DNA of 63,651 nucleotides, counting the filler, from Choristocarpus tenellus KU-1152 (taxonomy: Eukaryota > Protista > Phaeophyceae), in assembly GCA_964200185.2 (NCBI GenBank). It is 10 parts of 10 records of this genome, joined end to end, with 100 filler letters (N's around TTAATTAATTAA, not from the genome) between each part and the next. Parts side by side here need not be neighbours in the genome. Positions count along the whole stretch, not along the records: positions 60,118 to 63,651 come from CAXNAD020019401.1; 9 more parts are not named here. The stretch is one strand, 5' to 3'. Of this stretch, positions 62,092-63,651 are shown piece after piece. The notes under the pieces are model-generated. The model saw only the letters and a program-made list of their open reading frames with translations. It had not been told where the DNA came from and ran no database searches. Position numbers and translations under genes: made by a program. The stretch's first letter is position 1, and each line of letters begins with the position of its first letter.

Positions 62092-63611
62092 TATATTTGC
62101 AGCAAATTGCATAATTGACCCACAGGATAGACTGCCTTTTCATTTGCAGTAAGAAACAGGAGAGATGCTACAATTTAGCTGTTGCTGCTTGAAATTTGGA
62201 CAAGGTAACTATAGTTCCTCTGATAGCATCAGTTCAGACAGTTTGCGGGCAGAAAATATACCAAACTGAGAAGACATTTCTCTGGCTTCGCAGCAGACAG
62301 TGTAGAATAGGTAGACCAAGTCATATTCTCTGAGACTTTTGGGTAGCGTTATAGTGGATTTTGACAAGACCCCCGCAAACAGCAATGGAAATTTGATTCC
62401 GTCTTGTGCATTGATAACCTGCGCCACTACAGATCAAACTTATCTTGAACAACGAAAGCATATATTTTACTGCAGGGTGGGGCATTTTACATTTTTTCGA
62501 TCAAATCCCTCTGGATCTATGTTATGTACACATCCAAATTTCGTATTTGACTACTACTACTGTTGATGTTGCTGGTATGTAACTCAACTGATTTAACCTA
62601 ATTTATTTGGTTTGCTTCCCCATAATGCAAAATAGAGGTATCTTTGTCAGAGCCTCAGCCCCCCAACCCATTTTGTTAGAAGGCAAAAGAGTAGTTGATT
62701 CTTGAGCCTCAAATTTCAGCACATTTTATGATGTTAACTTCACTAACACATGTTCTAAATTCCTCAAGAGATTTTTTTTGTTCATTTATGGTAGGTTGAT
62801 GAATATCATCAATGCTCCATGATTTGTTTGAACTGTGTTTGCGGCTTACATTTACGCATGGAAAATTCGTATTATCCTGCATCTTGTACGTACATATATA
62901 CTCCCAAAAAGACGTGATGTACAACACGTATGTACGTATTTATGTGTGTAGACGAGTATGTATGTACGTACGTATCGATGTACATAAAAAAATGAAGTTG
63001 TGGCATAGTTCATGGTGTTGTTCTTTAATCCCTTTCATCCAGGACATTGTGGAGACTATAGTCAAAGTTGGTCGGGACAATCATCCATCTCTTAACCAAC
63101 GCGGAACACATTATCCAATATGAGGTTCTCGAATACGATGCAGTTTTATCCAACTCTGATATCACCATTACATATCTTCCGATTTATCTTCTTTGCTCTT
63201 TTTCCATCGAACTTACCACGAATACGGAGTTTAAACCAATATTTTGCGTGATAGAAAGCTGCACAATCTTTCACCTTTCCACAATACTACCCAGAGGCAT
63301 CGTTTGGGAGTACTTGCCTTTCTTTGTAATGGTGCCACACACGGAACAGATGAGTATCCCTTGCACATATTATTTTACTTCCTTTGCCCTCTGTATTCGT
63401 GATGAGTTGAATGTGATAAGAGCAAGAAGATCAATCGGGAAAAGTAGCAGCAGTATATTATGTAATAGTGGTAGCTCGTAGGTAGTTTTTTTGAATTTGT
63501 GCAATTCTTATCTCATCACCATCGCCATCACATTGGTATAATCATTATATGGGAGGTTCCCCTGTGTACAGCGATGCCTTTTCTTCTTCCCTGTGCAACG
63601 TTCAGGACGTT

Positions 63612-63651
63612 GGCTCAAAGTATCTGGGAGGGGGTGGCGGCTGTCCATTTG
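63612..63651. mobile_element. MITE family B start, cut by window end
   Basis: GGCTCAAAGTATCTGGGAGGGGGTGGCGGCTGTCCATTTG. Confidence 0.8.

Overview
Eukaryotic nuclear DNA, not a contiguous locus. Ten short contigs are joined by nine artificial 100-bp spacers (44 N + TTAATTAATTAA + 44 N), so adjacency across spacers carries no meaning. Many long GT-AG introns, short exons, interstitial TTAGGG units and the LINE types point to a brown alga or close ochrophyte relative (inference). Main content: (1) a complete 12-exon minus-strand gene (7471-17863, about 690 aa by manual splicing) resembling SAPS/PP6-regulatory-subunit proteins; (2) three spliced exons (56677-59130) of a GAPDH of the bacterial ArsJ-associated/Gap3 arsenate-detoxification type, with an unusual Cys-Cys-Cys motif; (3) two exons of an ABCB-type transporter; (4) an initiator-like tRNA-Met(CAT); (5) a ~620-bp AT-rich mosaic of bacterial IS21 istA/istB fragments embedded mid-contig; (6) 13 copies of a ~260-bp MITE plus related ~170-bp MITE families, several with 4-bp TSDs and GAG/GG termini (Sola2-like); (7) decayed RLE (CRE-like) and RTE LINEs, a copia relic, a pogo-like HTH relic and a possible CRESS-virus helicase relic. 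The most interesting items are the intron-containing arsenate-type GAPDH and the bacterial IS21 insert.
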